Source: Escherichia coli (GTDB lineage Bacteria; Pseudomonadota; Gammaproteobacteria; Enterobacterales; Enterobacteriaceae). Taken from it: 64,000 nt of DNA. The position numbers and the translations under genes were made by a program. The notes below the pieces were generated by a model. It made no database searches. It was not told the DNA's origin and saw only the letters and a list, made by a program, of their open reading frames with translations. The first letter of the stretch is position 1. Every line of letters starts with the position of its first letter. Below are positions 59,217 through 64,000 of this stretch, piece after piece. The stretch is from assembly GCF_003019035.1 (NCBI RefSeq), contig NZ_CP027447.1; one strand, written 5' to 3'.

Positions 59217-59265
59217 CTCGCCTAGTAAAGGCGTTGTAGCGCTATTCCTGCTGCAACGCCTGTAA

Positions 59266-60129
59266 TCACTCTCCCTGCTGCTCCAGTGCATACTTATACA
59301 GCGCATTTTTCTTCACGCCGTGAATTTCTGCTGCCAGCGCCGCCGCTTTTTTCAGTGGCAGTTCTGCCTGCAACAGCGCCAGCGTGCGCAGGGCATCGGC
59401 GGGTAAGTCTTCTTCCTGTGCTTTATGGCCTTCGACAATCAGTACCATTTCGCCTTTGCGACGGTTTTCATCTTCTTTGACCCACGCCAGCAGCTCGCCA
59501 ACGGGCGCGCCGTGAATGGTTTCCCAGGTTTTGGTCAGCTCACGCGCCAGAACGACGTAGCGGGATTCGCCTAATACCGCAACGATATCTTCCAGGCTAT
59601 CTAACAGACGGTGGGTAGATTCATAAAAAATCAGCGTGCGCGGCTCCGCTTCAATGGCTTTTAGCGCATCACGGCGGCCTTTTGATTTGGCAGGTAAAAA
59701 GCCTTCATAACAAAAACGATCGGATGGTAAACCCGCGGCGCTTAACGCAGTGATAGCAGCACACGGCCCGGGTAGCGGCACCACGCGAATCCCCGCTTCA
59801 CGGCAGGTACGCACCAGATGGTAGCCAGGATCGTTAATTAGCGGCGTTCCGGCATCGGAAACCAGCGCAATGTTTTGCCCCTCTTGCAGCTTCGCCAGCA
59901 GCGTTTCGGCTTTTTGTTGTTCGTTATGGTCGTGCAGCGCAAACAACCGAGCATTAATCCCAAAATGTTGCAGCAATAAACCGGTGTGACGCGTATCCTC
60001 GGCGGCAATCAGATCAACGGCCTGTAATACCTCCAACGCACGCTGGGTGATATCCGCCAGATTGCCGATTGGCGTCGGTACAATGTAAAGCTGGCCCTGA
60101 GAATTATCCGCCGATTGGTGTTGTTTCAT
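59266..60129 (-). CDS. rsmI: 16S rRNA C1402 2'-O-methyltransferase RsmI
   Basis: 287 aa; recognised sequence; divergent from lpoA. Confidence 0.88.
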
Positions 60130-60193
60130 TGTGTCGTCCGTATTGCCGATTTAATATTGAGCATTGCGTAAAAAAAATATCACTGGATACATT

Positions 60194-62230
60194 ATGGTAC
60201 CCTCAACATTTTCTCGTTTGAAAGCCGCGCGTTGTCTGCCTGTTGTTCTGGCAGCCCTGATTTTCGCCGGTTGTGGCACCCATACTCCCGATCAGTCCAC
60301 TGCTTATATGCAGGGCACGGCGCAGGCTGATTCTGCCTTTTACCTGCAACAGATGCAGCAAAGTTCTGATGATACCAGGATCAACTGGCAATTACTCGCC
60401 ATTCGTGCACTGGTGAAAGAAGGTAAAACCGGACAGGCGGTGGAGTTGTTTAACCAACTACCGCAAGAACTGAACGATTCTCAGCGTCGCGAGAAAACAC
60501 TGCTGGCGGCAGAGATTAAACTGGCGCAGAAAGATTTTGCTGGCGCGCAAAACTTGCTGGCGAAAATCACACCTGCAGATTTAGAACAAAACCAGCAAGC
60601 GCGTTACTGGCAGGCAAAAATCGATGCCAGCCAGGGGCGTCCTTCCATTGATTTACTGCGCGCGTTAATTGCTCAGGAACCGCTGCTCGGCGCGAAAGAA
60701 AAGCAGCAGAATATTGACGCCACCTGGCAGGCGCTCTCCTCCATGACTCAGGAACAGGCGAATACGCTGGTGATCAATGCCGACGAAAATATTCTGCAAG
60801 GCTGGTTGGATCTGCAGCGCATCTGGTTTGATAACCGTAACGATCCCGACATGATGAAAGCCGGGATCGCCGACTGGCAGAAACGTTATCCGAACAACCC
60901 GGGCGCGAAAATGCTGCCAACGCAGTTGGTTAACGTAAAAGCGTTTAAACCCGCATCGACCAACAAAATCGCCCTGCTGTTGCCACTGAATGGCCAGGCA
61001 GCGGTATTTGGTCGCACTATTCAGCAAGGCTTTGAAGCGGCGAAAAATATCGGCACTCAGCCAGTGGCGGCCCAGGTAGCTGCCGCACCTGCCGCAGACG
61101 TAGCAGAACAACCTCAGCCGCAAACCGTGGATGGCGTTGCCAGCCCGGCACAAGCCTCGGTTAGCGATCTGACCGGTGAACAACCTGCGGCCCAGCCGGT
61201 GCCTGTAAGCGCCCCGGCGGCAACCACCGCAGCGGTAAGCGCACCCGCGAATCCATCCGCAGAGCTGAAAATCTACGATACATCATCACAACCACTTAGC
61301 CAGATCCTCAACCAGGTTCAACAGGATGGCGCGAGTATTGTGGTCGGTCCGTTGCTGAAAAATAACGTTGAAGAGTTGCTGAAGAGCAACACCCCGCTGA
61401 ACGTGCTGGCACTGAACCAGCCGGAGAACATCGAAAACCGCGTCAATATTTGTTACTTCGCGCTTTCACCGGAAGACGAAGCGCGCGATGCAGCGCGTCA
61501 TATTCGTGACCAGGGTAAACAAGCGCCGCTGGTGCTGATCCCACGCAGTTCATTGGGCGATCGCGTAGCCAATGCGTTTGCGCAAGAGTGGCAGAAACTG
61601 GGTGGCGGCACCGTTCTGCAACAAAAATTTGGTTCCACCAGCGAATTACGCGCAGGTGTTAACGGCGGTTCGGGTATTGCTTTAACGGGTAGCCCGATTA
61701 CTCCCAGAGCGACAACCGACTCCGGCATGACGACCAACAATCCAACGCTGCAAACCACGCCAACCGATGACCAGTTCACCAATAATGGCGGCCGTGTCGA
61801 TGCGGTGTACATTGTGGCAACGCCGGGCGAAATCGCTTTTATCAAACCGATGATCGCCATGCGTAACGGTAGCCAGAGCGGTGCAACGCTGTACGCAAGC
61901 TCCCGAAGCGCACAAGGCACCGCGGGTCCGGATTTCCGTCTGGAAATGGAAGGTTTGCAATATAGCGAAATCCCGATGCTGGCGGGCGGTAATCTGCCAT
62001 TAATGCAGCAGGCGCTCAGCGCGGTGAACAACGATTATTCGCTGGCTCGCATGTATGCGATGGGCGTTGATGCCTGGTCGTTGGCAAATCATTTCTCACA
62101 AATGCGCCAGGTTCAGGGTTTCGAAATCAACGGTAATACCGGAAGTCTGACGGCTAACCCGGATTGCGTGATTAACAGGAAGTTATCATGGCTACAGTAC
62201 CAACAAGGTCAGGTAGTCCCCGCCAGTTAA
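60194..62230 (+). CDS. lpoA: outer membrane lipoprotein activator of PBP1A, LpoA
   Basis: ORF trimmed to [27 protein letters not shown]... (678 aa, lipobox LIFAGC); A/P/Q-rich linker. Confidence 0.88.
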   Translation: MVPSTFSRLKAARCLPVVLAALIFAGCGTHTPDQSTAYMQGTAQADSAFYLQQMQQSSDDTRINWQLLAIRALVKEGKTGQAVELFNQLPQELNDSQRREKTLLAAEIKLAQKDFAGAQNLLAKITPADLEQNQQARYWQAKIDASQGRPSIDLLRALIAQEPLLGAKEKQQNIDATWQALSSMTQEQANTLVINADENILQGWLDLQRIWFDNRNDPDMMKAGIADWQKRYPNNPGAKMLPTQLVNVKAFKPASTNKIALLLPLNGQAAVFGRTIQQGFEAAKNIGTQPVAAQVAAAPAADVAEQPQPQTVDGVASPAQASVSDLTGEQPAAQPVPVSAPAATTAAVSAPANPSAELKIYDTSSQPLSQILNQVQQDGASIVVGPLLKNNVEELLKSNTPLNVLALNQPENIENRVNICYFALSPEDEARDAARHIRDQGKQAPLVLIPRSSLGDRVANAFAQEWQKLGGGTVLQQKFGSTSELRAGVNGGSGIALTGSPITPRATTDSGMTTNNPTLQTTPTDDQFTNNGGRVDAVYIVATPGEIAFIKPMIAMRNGSQSGATLYASSRSAQGTAGPDFRLEMEGLQYSEIPMLAGGNLPLMQQALSAVNNDYSLARMYAMGVDAWSLANHFSQMRQVQGFEINGNTGSLTANPDCVINRKLSWLQYQQGQVVPAS

Positions 62231-62583
62231 CCACCAAACAGACCGGCGATGCGTGGGAAGCACAAGCGCGTCGCTGGCTGGAAGGCAAAGGACTGCGGTT
62301 TATCGCCGCTAACGTGAACGAGCGTGGCGGCGAGATCGATCTGATAATGCGTGAAGGCAGGACCACCGTTTTTGTCGAGGTGCGTTACCGCCGCTCTGCG
62401 CTTTATGGCGGCGCGGCAGCCAGTGTGACCCGCAGCAAACAACACAAATTATTACAGACTGCCCGCTTGTGGCTCGCGCGTCATAATGGGAGTTTTGATA
62501 CTGTGGATTGCCGGTTCGATGTGGTAGCCTTCACCGGGAATGAGGTTGAGTGGATTAAGGATGCCTTTAATGACCACTCATAA
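62188..62583 (+). CDS. yraN: UPF0102 family protein YraN
   Basis: 131 aa; overlaps the lpoA 3' end; synteny. Confidence 0.82.
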   Translation: MATVPTRSGSPRQLTTKQTGDAWEAQARRWLEGKGLRFIAANVNERGGEIDLIMREGRTTVFVEVRYRRSALYGGAAASVTRSKQHKLLQTARLWLARHNGSFDTVDCRFDVVAFTGNEVEWIKDAFNDHS

Positions 62584-62602
62584 TTAAGGTTTAAGGATTA
62601 GC

Positions 62603-63193
62603 GTGCAAGAAAGAATTAAAGCTTGCTTCACTGAAAGCATTCAAACTCAAATTGCGGCGGCAGAGGCGCTTCCGGATGCCATCTCGCGTGCAGCTATGAC
62701 GCTGGTTCAGTCTCTGCTCAATGGCAACAAAATCCTCTGTTGTGGTAATGGAACTTCCGCTGCCAATGCACAGCATTTTGCTGCCAGCATGATCAACCGT
62801 TTCGAAACGGAGCGGCCCAGCTTACCTGCCATTGCACTAAATACTGATAATGTTGTCTTAACGGCGATTGCCAACGATCGCTTACATGATGAAGTGTATG
62901 CAAAACAGGTGCGGGCGCTGGGTCATGCGGGAGATGTATTGTTAGCCATTTCCACCCGTGGCAACAGCCGCGATATTGTAAAAGCGGTAGAAGCTGCCGT
63001 TACGCGTGATATGACCATTGTGGCATTAACCGGCTATGACGGCGGTGAACTTGCAGGTTTGTTAGGGCCACAGGATGTGGAGATCCGCATTCCTTCGCAT
63101 CGTAGTGCTCGCATTCAGGAGATGCATATGCTGACGGTAAATTGCCTGTGCGATCTGATCGATAACACGCTTTTCCCTCACCAGGATGTTTAA
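62603..63193 (+). CDS. diaA: DnaA initiator-associating protein DiaA (SIS domain)
   Basis: 196 aa; recognised sequence. Confidence 0.9.
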
Positions 63194-63202
63194 GGAGAAT
63201 AC

Positions 63203-63778
63203 ATGAAGGCATTATCGCCAATCGCAGTCCTTCTTTCCGCGCTGCTGTTGCAAGGTTGTGTTGCCGCTGCCGTAGTGGGTACCGCTGCTGTGGGTACCAA
63301 AGCCGCAACGGACCCACGCAGTGTCGGCACCCAGGTGGACGATGGTACCCTGGAAGTGCGCGTAAACAGCGCATTGTCGAAAGACGAACAGATTAAGAAA
63401 GAAACCCGTATTAATGTCACGGCGTATCAGGGCAAAGTGCTGTTGGTTGGGCAGTCACCAAACGCTGAACTTTCGGCTCGCGCTAAACAAATTGCGATGG
63501 GCGTAGACGGTGCCAACGAAGTGTATAACGAGATTCGTCAGGGCCAGCCGATTGGTCTGGGCGAAGCGTCTAACGATACGTGGATCACCACCAAAGTGCG
63601 TTCGCAGCTGTTAACCAGCGACCTGGTGAAATCGTCCAACGTGAAAGTGACCACCGAAAACGGTGAAGTGTTCCTGATGGGGCTGGTGACTGAACGTGAA
63701 GCGAAAGCGGCGGCAGATATTGCCAGCCGGGTGAGCGGCGTAAAGCGTGTAACTACGGCGTTTACGTTTATTAAATAG
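63203..63778 (+). CDS. dolP: BON-domain outer membrane lipoprotein DolP (YraP)
   Basis: 191 aa; lipoprotein signal (LLLQGC); two BON-like halves. Confidence 0.88.
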   Translation: MKALSPIAVLLSALLLQGCVAAAVVGTAAVGTKAATDPRSVGTQVDDGTLEVRVNSALSKDEQIKKETRINVTAYQGKVLLVGQSPNAELSARAKQIAMGVDGANEVYNEIRQGQPIGLGEASNDTWITTKVRSQLLTSDLVKSSNVKVTTENGEVFLMGLVTEREAKAAADIASRVSGVKRVTTAFTFIK

Positions 63779-63789
63779 CTGCCCTTGTA

Positions 63790-63880
63790 ATGCCTGATGC
63801 GACGCTTGCAGCGTCTTATCAGGCCTACAACGATGCAAACCGTAGGTCGGATAAGGCGTTTACGCCGCATCCGACATGTT
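63790..63880. repeat. REP/BIME pair
   Basis: gcctgatgcgacgcttgcagcgtcttatcaggcctac and gtaggtcggataaggcgtttacgccgcatccgacatg. Confidence 0.7.
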
Positions 63881-63890
63881 TTCCCTCAAA

Positions 63891-64000
63891 TCAAGCCAAC
63901 AGCGCCAACCCGCCGACAATCACACCAGACACTGCCACCATCGCCCCTGTCAGCCATAAGGCTTTCGCCGGGAACGCTTTGCGCAGCATAATCAGTGACG
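63891..64000 (-). CDS. yraQ: permease YraQ, C-terminal fragment (gene continues beyond window end)
   Basis: Minus-strand frame gives ...SLIMLRKAFPAKALWLTGAMVAVSGVIVGGLALLA-stop, a hydrophobic membrane C-terminus; position convergent with dolP. Confidence 0.5.
   Translation of the reverse strand, partial: SLIMLRKAFPAKALWLTGAMVAVSGVIVGGLALLA

Noticed and set aside
60665-62031. Minus-strand ORFs (172 aa and 177 aa) antisense to lpoA
   Set aside because: Contained within lpoA; no features supporting independent genes

Overview
This window reads as an Escherichia coli chromosomal segment running from the 3' end of fadH to the 3' end of yraQ, largely syntenic with the K-12 fadH-uxaCA-exuTR-yqj-yha-tdc-rnpB-gar-prlF/yhaV-aga-rsmI-lpoA-diaA region. 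All identifications are from reading the sequence and the ORF translations and recognising protein families and gene order; no database search was run. Gene starts were trimmed from the ORF track where the recognised protein begins at an internal Met or GTG. I did not find a CRISPR array, a restriction-modification or other defence system, a prophage or an IS element. Differences from the K-12 arrangement as I recall it are: (1) a roughly 5.4 kb islet between exuT and exuR carrying a complete class 5 (alternate chaperone-usher, CS1/CFA-I-like) fimbrial operon, which is the best candidate for accessory content; (2) an intact N-acetylgalactosamine/galactosamine (aga/kba) cluster including agaW, agaE, agaF and full-length agaA; (3) no yraHIJK fimbrial operon between agaI and rsmI; (4) only one DUF805 gene where K-12 has yhaH and yhaI. 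Other features are the rnpB (RNase P RNA) gene, the structured alx leader, the PrlF/YhaV toxin-antitoxin pair, REP/BIME repeats, intrinsic terminators and AgaR-operator-like repeat arrays.
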